This document shows positions 42,678 through 57,618 of a DNA stretch of 64,000 nucleotides, piece after piece. The stretch comes from the human T2T-CHM13v2.0 reference genome, Homo sapiens: assembly GCF_009914755.1 (NCBI RefSeq), contig NC_060925.1. One strand, given 5' to 3'. The notes beneath the pieces are model-generated. The model did no database searches. It was not told the DNA's origin and saw only the letters and a list, made by a program, of their open reading frames with translations. A program made the translations under genes and the position numbers. How positions within the stretch are numbered: position 1 is the stretch's first letter; every line of letters starts with the position of its first letter.

Positions 42678-44312
42678 GGTTCTTCAACTTTGATAAGTGT
42701 CATAATCACCTATAAATTAATAAGGAATACAGAGGCCCACTTGCACGGAGGTCAGCTAAGGTTCTCTGTACTTGTATCAAGATCCCCATGTGATTCCACT
42801 ATACACTGAAGTTGGAAAACCTAGTCTAGCATCTTGTAGACATTCACTACATATTAGCCCATTGCCCCATTTTAACATTCAGAGCAGTCAAAAAGCAACT
42901 TTAAGCAATTTAAAGGAAATTAATTTTGATTTAACCTTGAATTTCAAAGGCCAGAGAACTGGAGAGAAAAGGAGTAGTGTTGAAGATAAATCTATTTTAT
43001 GTCTCCCAATCTGTAGCCCTAGAGGCCAGACCCTTCAGCCTCATATTGCAGCTCCCGGCTCTAATTGTTATCTTTTGCATATTGATAGGAAAGCATACTC
43101 TAGAAATATGTAGTTTTATACATTTTTAAATCAAAAGGTAAAATTCATCTGAATTTTTAAAAGTTTTTTCATAGTTTGTACTTTTTACTACCTTGCAGTT
43201 CCTATTTAATGTTTTTAGAAAAAGGCCTCTATTTTGTTACTTTTTAACCAAGATTATCCTATATTACTTGTACCTCTGGTTGCAGTGTTGTTTTATTTTG
43301 TTTATCTCTTTATTTTTTTGTATTATGTTTTATTCCAAAAGCATTTGAGGAGGCTTACAGAAACTTGTCGTGGACCTCTGGCTTCTGCTGAGGATGTAAA
43401 AACCTGGAAAGAGAGCCTCTCTTCTTCTAATAACAAGAAAGAGTTAGATAACCTCCCAAATCATAATTTTCTTGAATTTATCAGAGATCTGAGGTCATAG
43501 GGCAATCAAATACCTGAAATCTAAGAAAAAAAACAAGCACTTCTAAGGAGCCATCATAACCCTGGCTTACCTGTGAGAGAGAAAGGAGACACTACCCCTG
43601 ATATAGTTCAGAAGATTTCAGCCAAATATTTTAATAAATTGCTAAAGGTTGAGTATAAGCTCACACAACAGCATAGAATCCCTGGGAGTCTCAGATATAA
43701 GGCGAGTTCACACTGGCTCACAGACTCTTCTCCATGAACCTCACCATGTGCTCACAAGAAAGATTCAGGGCAGACCCAGAAACCCGAGAAGGCTTCCCTC
43801 AGTGGTACACACTTGGAAGAGGGGGGTGGCCACCGTTGTTGGAAGGCATGAAGTGCCCCTTTCCGCAGACTCGTTTTCTCCATCTCTCCTATGGAACAAA
43901 AGCCTTAAGCTATTGGGGGAAAGATGACAATGTTGTTCCCAGGACAGAGAGGAAGACACATCTCAGCTGGGGCAAACCAAGGGACAAAAGCCCTTGACAC
44001 TTGAAGGAGAGGGAACAACACTCTGTTGTAGATTCTGATCATTAGAAATGTCTTACCACGGAGGATGGTGCAGGAAACTCACATAAGATATGTCAAACAT
44101 ACAAGATAGAGTTTGGCTGCCATAGGAAATAGGCCAGGACCATTTGAATTTTCCACCACTGACACCCAATGACACAGGGCTTATCTAAGACTGTGGATGA
44201 ATCAAAACAACAGAAAACATCCCCCTACTCCATTTAGCAAATGTCAAGTAACAAATAACAGCAAATCTACCACTGGGGAAGGAGCAAGAGCATGGAACAA
44301 AACCCTCTCTGC

Positions 44313-44786
<474 letters not shown>

Positions 44787-44833
44787 CTAGATTGTCTCAG
44801 CCTTCACTCTGAAGACTAGCAGAAACAGGATGT

Positions 44834-44932
44834 GGCCAGGCCCAGTAGCTCATGCCTGTAATCCCAGCACTTTGGGAGGCTGAGGTGGGCGGATTGCTTG
44901 AGACCAGGAATTCAATATCAGCCTGGCCAACA
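44834..44932 (+). mobile_element. Alu left-arm fragment, no tail
   Basis: GGCCAGGCCCAGTAGCTCATGCCTGTAATCCCAGCAC...CAGCCTGGCCAACA then reverts to L1 sequence. Confidence 0.85.
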
Positions 44933-45663
44933 ATTTACCGACAAGAGGCAAATTGATCAACAGAACCAGACTTAGAAATGAACGTGATATTGAAACTATC
45001 AGACAGAATTGAAAAACAATGATCAATATAGTAATTAATAAGGTAGACATCATGCACAAAGACATGAGGAATTTCAGTAGAGCAATAGAAATTATAAGAA
45101 AGCAGGAAATAAAAATTTTAGAAGTAAAAATAGAGTAACAGAGATGAAGAATGTCTTTAATGGGCTAATCATAAACTTGACACAGATAAGGAAATAATTA
45201 GTATATTTAAGATAGGCCATTAGAAATAATGCCAACTAAAAAAAAAAAGAATAAAAAAATGCCACATCCAAGAGCTATAGGATAATATTGAATAGTCTAA
45301 TATTCATGTAATTGGAATCCCAGGGGGAAAAAACAGAGAAGAAGAAAGAAGATATATTTGAAGAGATAATGGCTGATAATTTTCCAAATCATTGAAAGAT
45401 GCTAAATCCCAAATCCAAGAAACATAGAGAAAATCAAGCAATATAAATACAACACACACACACATACACACACACTCCTAGATGTGTCGTATTCAAATTG
45501 CTAACAACAAAAAATAAAGAGGAAAAATGTGAAGATAGCCAAAGAAAATAAATACATATTACTTATATACAGAGGAAATATTTTCCCTCATTTCGAGGGT
45601 GGCTCTTCACTTTGTTGATGGTATTCTTTGAAACACAAAAGTTTTTCGTTTTGATAAGTATGA

Positions 45664-45995
<332 letters not shown>

Positions 45996-46870
45996 CATAA
46001 CTTCTACATTTGGTGTTATATCTAGGAAAATGTTACCCAATCCAATTCACAAAGATTTAGTTCTGTTTTCTTCTAAGGGTTTTATAGGCTTAGCTCTTAC
46101 ATTTAGAGTTAAGATTCATTTTGAGTTATTTTTTGTGTATGCTGTAAGGAAGGAGTCCAGCTTTATACTTTTGCATGTGGCTATCCAGTTGTCCCAGTAC
46201 TATTTGTTGAAAAGACTATTCTTTCCCCCATTGAACTTCCTTGGCATCATTGTCTAAAATCAACTGACCATAAATATAAGTTTTTCTCTATAGGATCTCA
46301 ATTCAATTTCATTTATCCATATATCTATCTTTATGTCATTAACATACTACCTTGATTATTATAACTTTGTAGTAAGTTTGAATCAGAAAATGTGGGTCAT
46401 CCAACTTTGTTCTTTTTCAATAGTGCTTTAGTTATTGTTGGTTCCTTCTATTTCCACATGAAGTTTAGGATCATCTTGTCAATTTCTGCAAAGAATGCAG
46501 CTGGGATTTTTTAAGAATTGCTTTGAATTTATAGTTGGATTTGGAGAGCATTGCCATCTTAACTATATCAAATCTTCCAATTCATGAACATGAAAATGTC
46601 TTTCCATTTATTTAGATTTTTAATTTATTTCAATGATGCTTTGAAGTTTTCAGTGTACAAGTTTTGCATCTGATTTAAAAAATTTATCCCAAAACATTTT
46701 ATTCTCCTTGAGGGCATTTTAAAATAAAATCATTTACTTAGTTTCATTTTTGGATTGTTCATTGCTGACATATAGAAATTCAATAGATTTTTATGTATTG
46801 ATTATATATTTGCATCCTTACAGAACTCACTTATTAGTTCACATAGTTTGGGTTTTTAAAATTTCCTTAG

Positions 46871-46968
46871 AATTAGTTGTATGTGTGTGTATATATATGT
46901 ATGTATATACAAAATTAGTTGTATATATGTGTGTATATATATGTGTATATATGTATGTATGTATATAA
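46871..46968. repeat. (TA/TG)n low-complexity repeat with a ~42-bp unit duplication
   Basis: AATTAGTTGTAT occurs twice, each time followed by TATG-rich repeats. Confidence 0.75.
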
Positions 46969-48774
46969 AATATTTCATTATCAAGTAAAGATAGTTTTAC
47001 TTCTTTCTTTGAATCATGATATCTTTTATTTCATTTTCTTGCCTAATTGTTCTGGATAGAACCTCCAGTATAATGTTTGAATAGAAGTGGCAAGAGCAGG
47101 CATCCTTGCCTTCTTGATAATCACAGGAGGAAAGCATTCAGTGTTTTACCACTTAGTATGATGTTAGCTATATTTTTCATAGATACCTTCTATCACATTG
47201 AGGAAGTTCTCTTTTATACCTAGTTTTTCGGTATTTTTATTATTATAAGCCATTGTATTTTGTCAAAAAATATTTCTGTTTCTATGGAGATGATCATGTA
47301 GTTATTATTTTATTATATTAATGTGGTGCATTATATTAACTAATCTTTGTATATCAAACCAGCCTTGCCTGTCTTGGATAAATTGTATTTGGTTAGGGTG
47401 TGTAATTATTTGTATAATCTTCATATGTTGTTAGCTTTGGTTTACTTATATTTTGTGGCTAATTTTTGCCTCTATATTCATAAAAGGTATCGGTTTGTAG
47501 TTTTCTTGTGATGGCTTTATTAGCTTTGTTATCAGGATACTTCTTCCTTCAGAGAATGACTCAGAAAGACCTCCCTGCTTTTGTAAATTTTGGAAGCGTT
47601 TATGAAAGATTGTTGCTACGTCTATTCTAAACATTTTTAAAATTTACCAGTGAAGCCATCTGAAATTGGGCTTTTCTTTTTTTGGAAAGTATTTTTTGCT
47701 GATAACTCACCATCTTTACTTGTTCTAGATCTATTTAGATTTCCTATTTCTTCTTGAGATAGAAGCCCATTGTTCCCTCTCCAGTGACTACTGGTCTTCT
47801 GGTTTTCATGAATATCTTGATTGACCATTTGTTGGTTTTTATGGATAGAGGGCTGGGGAGAGGGTTCTGAGAATTGAGCAAGTTACACCACCCCAAAGGT
47901 TGTTGTTTTTACTAAGATGTAACTGTTTTTCTTGAATAAATTCTCCTCAGATTTTTGCAAGCCTTTGATTATTTCCAAAGTTCTGAAAAAGATTATTTGA
48001 TTTTTTTCCTACAGTCCTTATTTCTTCGATAGAGGAACAGATTTTCAGATGTTCTTATTTGGCCGTTCCTACTTACATCACTCCCAAAGATTTATTTGTA
48101 TGTGCCATAATTAGAAGTGACCTTACAATTTAATCCAGGCCAAGTGTCTAATTTCATAGATATACAGCAGAAGAACAGAAGATGTAATCTTTCTTTTCTG
48201 AACTTAGGAGGTCCTAAGAGTGTCTTAACTTTGAGACCCTTAAAAGCAGGGACTTTTTCTTTCTCACCGTGTATCCATAAGAGCCTAGTACTGTTCAGCA
48301 CGTGCCAAGTGTACAAAAAAAAAAAGTTGCTCTCTTTGTTTGTCTGTATATTTGAATAGTATCCCCATGTGTATATTTGAATAGTATCCCTATGCCACTG
48401 CATGCCTTGCATTTTATAAATCAACTGGAAAAGTGAAGATCCCTAGGGCCAAGAGTGGGATGTGCCTGAGGTTAAATTCGGTATCTCTCTCACGTAGCAA
48501 TACCAGACAACTGTCAATTATATGCAGAAGTCTTATAGACTCTGTAGTCTGGAAGTTTAATGTTAATGCCTCAGCCTATACCTGGCATAATATTGATTTA
48601 GTTCAATTTTCTAAATCTCTGGCCTGTACATTTACAATAATAATCATTTTAATAGTGGGATTGAAACCCTTCGAAAGCCTGAAAAACATCCCGAAAGATA
48701 TAAGAACAATAATGAAAGAAAACTATTTCTTTCAAGATACTTTTATTGTGTACAAGTTTTTGACAGCAGCTAAA

Positions 48775-48880
48775 TCATTCACTCATTTCTTTAACAGATA
48801 ATTATTGAGTACCTACTGTATGCCAGGCCTTATGCTAAGTGCTGGGGTTATAATGGTGACTAAGACAAGCATGGCTTCAT
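48775..48880 (-). mobile_element. L2 3' end
   Basis: TCATTCACTCATTTCTTTAACAGATAATTATTGAGTACCTACTGTATGCCAGGC. Confidence 0.75.
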
Positions 48881-51714
48881 TCCCTCTTAGAAAGTAAATG
48901 CTAACTCCAATCCAAGCAGAAAATGAGAATGGAATCACCAGAGTGCCTCATCCACAGCCATTCTGGATAAGCAGATATATACTGAAATAATATCACTAGA
49001 ATATCTTCTGGCATACTGCAAGCTCATGGGGGGTTGAAACCATTTTCAACTAATTTCCCTGTATTCCTCTCCTTTTTCTTCATCACTTGGTAACTTACTT
49101 CTCCAAGACTTCTGGTGTGGATTTTCCACACCTTCTGTGGTCTCTTCACTTCCCCCATCTTTTCCATTTATTTTCTTCTTCATCCCCTCACAGAAAAGCC
49201 TGATGGCATGTTTCCTTATTTAAATAGTTTGTTCCTTAAATATAGAGTGCAGGGTAAGATGTAGGAATATGTAAAGAAAGTCACCAAGGGGACGGTACAG
49301 TTTCAGAGACTCCAGGACTTCTCTACCCCATCAGTGCTTGGCACTGCGTAATTGGAGAGTCTTATTTCATTTCAGAAAGCTGTGGGATCTGCCTAAAATG
49401 CAAATACCCCTGGGGAAATTGTTGTTTTGAGTCTTATAAGTTATTTCTATATTGAAGTGAATGAGCTTATTTAAACCTTTTCTGAGAACAGATTTTGAGT
49501 GGGAAAGATAGAAAAATTGTGAGCAGTAGGTAACTGAAATTATTGAGGGAGGAGGTGGAAAAGGGAGGTTGAGGATACCACCATTATGAAGGAGAAGCAA
49601 GTCAGCTTTTCACACTAGACCGAATTTCCTGTACTTTCAAACTATACTGCTAAGTTCCTTTAAAATGCTCTCAGAAATTACATTAACGATTAAAATTATC
49701 TTAATGGTAAGTACTCAAGTTGCACTGAATGTGACACTTGGGATGGAATGACACTTGGGTTATATGAAAGGATTTGGAATTCTTCCCTATGTATTCGGTG
49801 CCTCTGATGTATTTCTTTCCTGCAAACCCCTTCCCACCCCAATTTTAAGGGTGAGAATTCTTGGCTTTCTGAGTACAAAGTACTGAATACTAAGTCAGTG
49901 GATTCAAAATTGAGATTAAAGAAGAACATAAATGAGATTTTTAGAATGATCAAAAAAGCACCGAAATTTACAGTCAGAACAGAAACTAAGTGCTTATTTT
50001 ATAGATGAGGATACAGGCTGAGGTTTGGTTAGATCATTTCTTAAAATATGTCACATTCCTTATCTTCTGCCATGCCTATATGTCAATTTCTGCCTCATAC
50101 ACACAAATCTAGATGTTTCTGTACAAATATTTTCACTCTCTTCAGGAATGCAGTTCAGACCATAATCATTAATTATTCTTTTAGTTTCAGGAGGACTGTT
50201 TTAATCATTTTTTCAATTTTAACTAATCAATTTTAATGATATATTTTACAGTAATATTAAACAATAAGGTTTTTAATATGAAAGAAATGTCTTAAATGAA
50301 CTCAGCATTTAAATGAATAGCAGTTGTGTGAAATTGTGTGTGATACCATCCAATATAAAATATGTGGACATAACAATTACAGACCATCTGTTAAACTGGC
50401 ATCTTGTTGTACAGGAATGAAATTTCAATTAAATTTTATTATCAGGAAGTGTAGATGACAGATCCCATATGAAAGTCCACAGCCAGTAAACTGTCTAAAT
50501 AAAGAGTGGGATGTCATACAGTTAATGAGTTGGATCGAGTTTCCTGATTACATACTTTGTAAATAATGTGCTTGTTCACCAGCTTTTGGAAATGAGTACT
50601 GCTTGTAAGGATGGTGGTTGTTTTTAAAGCGATGCCCATATGGAAGGTAAATTGCAATGGTCGTGCGACACAGTCCAGTCATCTGGTTAATGTATGATTC
50701 ACCACTTTAGCTGGAGAGACTGAAATTAAACCATGCATGAGATAAAAGAATGACTTGAAAGTGGAGAAACAAAAATCAGATCTCAACCATCTCTAAAGAA
50801 TTTTGACTTACTGGAAGCCATGTATCCATGGCTCATAGACCAATTCACAACTGCAAGGAACTGACGTCATGATCCAACAGCGGGTTCAGATGTGGGTTTG
50901 AATCATCAGAGAGGGAGAAAGTCTAATAGTATCAGCAAGTCTCAGGACAAGGGTCTGGATTATTAATGGGAGAACAAATGAGCTTATAGTTTTTGACAGT
51001 GAAATGTGTCTCATAACTCATTGGGCAAGTTCCTCATTTTCTGCTGTCACTGTTATTAATATCTATTGTTGCTTGGGGTAGTCAAGAAAAAAAAGAAACC
51101 ATACCCAAAAATCTAATTGCTCCAGTGGCAACGTGGAGTGTTGTCAGAAAGAAGCTTAATTCTCATTCCATAAAACAAGCTAAGAAGAATCTCAAGCCAT
51201 TTCTCTTTACTATGCTTCTGAAAAACGCATAATTAAGTAGTGCTCTAATGGATCATAAAATGCATAATCCACAGCTGTGGACCCTTGGAAAGTTATTCAA
51301 ACTCTTCCAGGACTTATGCTGAATAATATCTGTGTGATTTAGTAGGCAGGATACAGCACAGGACAGGATTTGCCAGAGGCATCTTCAGCTGGGTGACCCG
51401 TCCACTCTGGGCCCTGATACTTCCACATTTCAAGGTTACTGAAAGGATACCATATCCTAGAAAGGGAGCTCTTCTGTGGACTTTTACTGTTATGTTAGCT
51501 CTTCTAGCTTTTAATGGAGAGTGAATATTTTTTTCTTCTTTCTATTGGCTTTTACTTGGATTAAGGCTATGTAAATCCACATTTTTTGGAGATAGGGTAG
51601 AAAAAATAATATGCTATGGAGTGCCTGGCACTAAGGCCAAGGCTAGCCTTGGGGTGACACCAGAATAGCAGGCAAGTGTCAAGATTGCAGATGAGATTTT
51701 GCTTAATTTTTAAG

Positions 51715-52390
51715 AATTTTCTTATAGGATATAATTTACAAACAGTGAAAGACACAGATCTTAAGTCTATGGTTCAATCATTTTTGACAAATTATATACC
51801 CATGTAATTCACACTCCTTTCAATACATAGAATATTTCCATGACACCAGAAAGTCTTCTTGTGCCTCTTCCCAGTCAATTCCCCTGCTCCTGACTCTCAG
51901 GAAACCACTGATCTGATTTTTATCACCACAGATTCATTTTGCCTATTGTAGAATATCATGTAAGTGGAATCAAACAGTATGCATGCTTTTGTGTAAGGCT
52001 TCTTTCACTTGGCATGATGTCTTAGAGATTAATCCATGTTGCATGTGGCATGTATCAGTAATTTGTTTTTATTGATAAGGAGTATATTCTGTCATATAAA
52101 TATAGCAACAGAGAGCTTGTCTGTTTTTTAGTCAATGAACTCTTGTACTGTTTCTAGTTTGGAGCTATTATAAATAAAGCTGCAATGAACATTCTTGGAT
52201 AATATTTTTGGGACATTTTCTTTTTCTTGAATAAATATCTAGGAGTGGAATTTCTGGGTTATAGGGTAGGTACATATTTAACTTTCTAAGAAGTTTTCTG
52301 TGTTCAGAGTCATCGTACCATTTTACATACCCACCAGTTAATCCACATCCTCACCAACATTTGATGTTGTTGTTATTTTCTTATTTCAGT
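51715..52390 (-). mobile_element. L1ME-like 3' end
   Basis: ATAATTTACAAACAGTGAAAGACACAGATCTTAAG, AGAATATTTCCATGACACCAGAAAG, AAAGCTGCAATGAACATTCTTG. Confidence 0.75.
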
Positions 52391-52448
52391 CTGTCTCATG
52401 GGAAGGTAAAGGCTGAGTTACTTTCAAGGCATTAAAATACAATAACCA

Positions 52449-52764
<316 letters not shown>

Positions 52765-53184
52765 CTAGAGTCTGGAAATAGAGGACCTGGGTTTGAAGCT
52801 TGCTCCAACTCTTCAGGGGTGAGGGCCTGGAAGGCCAAGGCTAGAGTGCAGGAAGATTTGATTCATGAGAATTCTGAAGTCTTTACCCACACCTAAGGCA
52901 GATCTCTCACACTTCCTTTTCCTCACTCTCACTCCCTGCATCTATCTGGGCACCAAATCCCATCGACACTCCCTCCCCACTGCTCCTTTTGCAGTTTCCA
53001 CTCATCACTCCCCAGCTTTTGTGCTTCGTTGTGGTGCTTCATTGTTTTTCCTCTGCACCACTGCAAGTTTCCTAATCACTTGACCTGCCCTGGAGAGGGA
53101 TCATTCTAAAATGTGGATCTCCTCATAACACAGTCTGGTTTAAACTCCTTCAGTGGCTCCTCATTTCCTGTAAGATTTAAACAA

Positions 53185-53410
53185 ATAACAGCTGATGTGT
53201 ATTAGGAGCTCAGGCTGTGCCAGGCACTGTATTAAGCACTTGATTCTGTTATTGGATATCTCTTTGAAATAACTATTCGTATTAGCACCATTTATATATG
53301 ATGAACCAAGGCTTAGAGAGTATAAGTGACTCCCCATAGTCACACATCTAGTCAGTGGCAGAGTTTGGAATCAAACCCAGATGCATTAGACTCCCAAACC
53401 TGTGACCTTT
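53185..53410 (-). mobile_element. MIR
   Basis: GTGCCAGGCACTGTATTAAGCAC..., GTCACACATCTAGTCAGTGGCAGAGTTTGGAATCAAACCCAG. Confidence 0.75.
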
Positions 53411-53469
53411 ACAGATACAGGATAAGCCCTTAATCAAGCTTCTTAGGAAAAGTCTCAACAGGAAGATAT

Positions 53470-54600
53470 ACTTCCCAGACGGCAGCGTAAGAAGCAACTT
53501 GGGCCCACTCCCCAGTGAAAAAAAGCAAAACTATTGAAAATGAGAAAAAACAAACAACTATGTAAAATCTCTGAAAATTTTCCTAATGGTATAAACAGCA
53601 AATGACAAATAATTATCCCAGAAAGTCTACTAAAACTCAGGAAGAACAGTGTGTTTGTGGTATCTGAGCCACAACCACCTGCTCCCTCCCTCTCCCTTTA
53701 CCTCCTGTCAGCTTGGTGGGTTTGACAGAAGCTGCACTCCCAGCAGGTAGGGACCAAGAAGGCAGGGCCTCCTATACTCTTAGCTCCAGTCAGGCATCAC
53801 TATATCTCACTGGAAGGGCCAGGCTGCCATCATTTCTCATTCCTTCCAACCTCAAGTTGAAGAGGCTACACTCCTGGTGAAAGCCTAAATTCTCATTCCC
53901 CTGAGAGGTCAGGGTCTACCTTCCTCTATCTAGCCAGTCCTCAGGAAATGGAGGCTCTCCCCAAATCAGGGAAGGCTGAAAATACTGGGGTCCTTTTTTC
54001 CTCATCTCAACTTGATCATAAAGCAGGGATTCAACATCAGGAGAGGAAAGCTGAGAAGACCAGAGGCTATCTCCCAGCCAGCACAGAGTAGTGGCTCAGA
54101 TGTTTTGCTAGGAGGAGAGGCAGTCAATAAGAAGAGTGCTCCAGAGCGTTCCAAAGGAACCGACTATTTGAAACAGTGTAGGGAAGTTCAAACCTAAGGG
54201 AGCTGTCAAAAACAACAGTTCCTTTTTAACTAAGAGCAACAGGACCAGGCGCAGTGGCTCACGCCTGTAATCCTAGCACTCTGGGAGGCTGAGGTGGGTG
54301 GATCACTTGAGGTCAGGAGTTCAAGAGCAGCCTGGCCAATATGGTGAAACCCTATCTCTACTAAAAATACAAAAATTGGCCAGGTATGGTGGCATGTGCC
54401 TATAATCCCAGCTACTTGGGAGGCTGAGGCAGGAGAATCGCTTGAATCCAGGAGGCGGAGGTTGCAGTGAGCCAAGATCATGTGCCACTGCACTCCAGCC
54501 TGGGCAACGGAGCAAGACTCTGTCTCAAAATAAATAAATAAATAAATAATTAAGAGCAACAGGTTAGACCATGGGCCAGCTAGCTCACCAGAGCTAGCAT
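53470..54600 (+). mobile_element. Probable old L1M 5' UTR relic
   Basis: Resembles L1MD/L1M4 5' ends (ACTTCCCAGACGGCAGCGTAAGAAGC..., GAAAGTCTACTAAAACTCAGGAAGAACAG); recall only. Confidence 0.5.
54243..54550 (+). mobile_element. AluSx/Sz
   Basis: Full dimer, (AAAT)n tail; TSD TAAGAGCAACAGG at 54231-54243 and 54551-54563. Confidence 0.95.
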
Positions 54601-55310
54601 AAAATAAACTTTGCTTCAAGATCTTGGGATGGGACGTAGGGGTTGGAGTGGGCAGAATAACTGGATGACTTTTCCCCTCTCTAACTCTAAATTCTCAGGA
54701 AAATACATCATATCTTGCACTTGGGTGGAAAAGAGCAGAAATCCTTGGTTAACAGGATTATACGCAATGGTGCAGAAAGCATTCTCTAAAGAAAAATCAG
54801 AGAGGAAGAAACACTGCATGGAGAATCCAAGAAACACTCTAAGAATTGAAGTTAAAATGTCGGAGGTAAGAAAGTGACAATCCTTGGAGGAATATTTTTG
54901 AGCATTAAGCAGGTGAATTAGAAGAAACAGCAATGGCAAGATACAATTAGTTTTTCTTCTTTTCTTCAGAAACACTGAGTATCTATCATGTGCCATATAT
55001 TGACCTGTAAATGAGGGTGTATAATGATAGCCATTTCTGGCTTGAATTCACACTTGTATGGCAAAGACTATGTGAGGTGTGTAAGCATTTTAGCTTTGCC
55101 TAATTTATCTGAAGACCCATTACTTTCCCTAGTGAGATGAACGAAGGTTTTTAACCTTTCAACTATGTGACATGGATATTTCTATTTATCTCAATGAAAA
55201 TACATTTCTGGAGAATGCTAAAATTCTAGGACAATCGAAATGTAGGAAATCATTAAAAACTGAATTTTATTTTACTGCATATTGCTTATTTTCAGGTTTT
55301 GCTAAGTGAG

Positions 55311-55445
55311 CTTTTCTTTCTTTCCTTCTTTTCTTCTTTCTTTCTCCCTCCCTTCCTTTCTCCCTCCCTTCCCTGCTCTCCCTTCCTTCCTTTTTCTCTT
55401 TCTTTCTTCCTTCCTTCCTTTCTTCTTCCCTGCCTCCCTTCCTCC
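55311..55445. repeat. Polypyrimidine/polypurine simple repeat (CTTT/CTTC)n
   Basis: About 135 nt that are almost entirely C/T on the + strand. Confidence 0.9.
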
Positions 55446-56249
55446 ACAACTATCTACCCAATATTTGGTAAAGAAGAGCAATATTATACAGACGCTAACT
55501 ACCTAGAAATCCTTCAGCCTCAGAGACAGAAGGGGTGGTGATACGTACAGTGAAGAAGACTGGACCCTTTTTAACTGAAAAAAAAAACAAACCAGCAGAT
55601 AGGGAGAAAGAGAATGATTTTAAATCACAGTTAGCAAATAGACTCAAGAGAACAGTTGGGGTAGGAGCAGGTTATCACTCCAGAAACTTTCTTTCAAACC
55701 ATTTTGAAGGGAAATGTTTGAAAATGGCAGATAAAGAGCATCAGAGTGAGGGAAGGAGGGCAAAATAGAGGATAAGTACAATCGGGGACAGTAAATTGAG
55801 CTATGAAGATTTTATCTTAACATGTAATTGAATATAGTTGAGAATAAAATGATTACTATACAATTATGTATTTCATTTCATGTTCTGTACTGAATATGCA
55901 AGCCCAGTCTTAAACTGGGGATGGAGATATGGATTGTTTAGCTCATACAAAAAATTCGAACAATTGTACCCAAATTACAATGAGATTTACAGAAAAAAAA
56001 TCCCAAAGGACTGTACTTTTATAATTTTCTGCTTTTGTTCTATTGGGAAGGATTTGAGGACATGTGACAGTATTGTAGGAAATGACTTGCAATGGCACTG
56101 GGGAAGGATAATGATGTTCTGGGGTGAATGTGGCCCCTGAATGCACCGAGTCAGCCTGCTGCTCCCACACCTGGACTGCAGCTGCACCAGGGAGTCCTCA
56201 GTCCTGAAGGAAAGCCCTAAAGCAGGGGCCAGACGCCACTGAATGGTAG

Positions 56250-56378
56250 TAGAATCACCTGGTGGGCCTTTGCAGCTATCAATGCCTGCAGCTACTCTAC
56301 ACCAATTAAATAGCATCTTTGGGGATATGGACCAGGCACAGCTATTTTCTCAAACCTCCCCAGGTAATTGCAATTTCA
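56250..56378. mobile_element. MER5A-like fragment
   Basis: AGAATCACCTGG..ACCAATTAAATAGCATCTTTGGGGAT..CTCCCCAGGTAATTGCAAT. Confidence 0.6.
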
Positions 56379-56951
56379 GAAAGAGCTGAGAATTAGAAAG
56401 ACTTGGGAGAAGTAGAACCACAAATGCAATTGCCTGTGGGACTGACTGGAACTGAATAGAGATAAGGTCTGTGGAAAAGGGGCCAGAGAAGATTAAACAC
56501 AAGAGAGAAGGGCAAGGGAGGTTTCAGACTGAGTGACTGAGGAATGTTCACATTCTGTCCAAAGTGAGAAAGAGAGCTAAGCACTGCTTTTCCCGACACC
56601 CTGAAGCCCAGAAAGACAGCACAGGGCCCTGGATACTGTTAGAATTCCTTGAGCAAGGGAATCCTTAAGAAACTTGGAAATACAGTGGACAGTGGTTCCT
56701 CCAGACAAAGAACTTGAGTCTTATCACTTCAAAGAACTCCACATATCCAATAGCAAGAAAAGCTTTGAAGAGCAAGATTTCTCCACAGCATAGAGGTGGC
56801 TGCTGGGCAGAGCCAACTCTGTTCTTCCTGGAGGAGGTGTGAGCAAGGTAGTGGAGCGAACGGCCCCAAGCGTTAAGCTTTTAGTAAGAAAACAGACCCC
56901 AGAGGCTGCAATCTTCAAAAGGCATCTGTGAACTCAACATGGCATTTCAAA

Positions 56952-57127
56952 TAGAGCTGCCAAGTCAATCACAGGACACCTGGGTAAATTCGTATTTCAC
57001 ATAAACAATGAAGAGCATTTTATAATTGTATGGGATATACTTATATTAAAACCTTATTCATTGTTTATCTTAAATTCAAATTTAACTGGGCATCCTGTGC
57101 TTTTATTACTAAACCTGGCAACTCTTA
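56952..57127. mobile_element. MER53 palindromic hAT MITE
   Basis: TAGAGCTGCCA...ACAGGACACCTGGGTAAATTCGTATTTCACATAAACAATGAA is inverted against TTCATTGTTTATCTTAAATTCAAATTTAACTGGGCATCCTGT...TGGCAACTCT. Confidence 0.85.
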
Positions 57128-57618
57128 CTCCCAGTGAGTTTTTAGTAATTTCTAAAATATTTCTGGAAAGTGGGAAATGGCCAAGTCCTGGAACCGGACC
57201 CACCTGAGCACCCAGATGAGAGGGACCAGCTGAAAGTGCTGTGAAGTGGTGGTATGATGGGAAAGCAAAGTGTCCAGTCAATACAGCCATCCATGCTCAG
57301 TGCGAGCAAAGGGTTCAAAATGGCGACAGAAAGACATAATAATGTCTTCCAATAAGAAGTTCTTACAAAGGGAGGGTGCTCTGGAGTGTGCAGTACACAG
57401 TCTTTTTGAATGATAGTCAGTGTAGCAGACATCTGTCTATAGGCTGCAGGGCTCTTGTCCCAGAAAGGGGACAGAGATGATATAAGTAGAAACCCAGAAT
57501 CAGCAGTGTGCTGGGATCCTAGACCAGAACCTAGAAGTAATGCCCAGGAGGGAAGCTTGATTAGAGAAACGGAGTTACCACATCAGGTCAAAGTAGCAGC
57601 AACAGCAACAACAAACGT

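Noticed and set aside
55267-55541. Lys/Glu/Arg-rich and Phe/Leu/Ser/Pro-rich ORFs
   Set aside because: Translations of the CT simple repeat.
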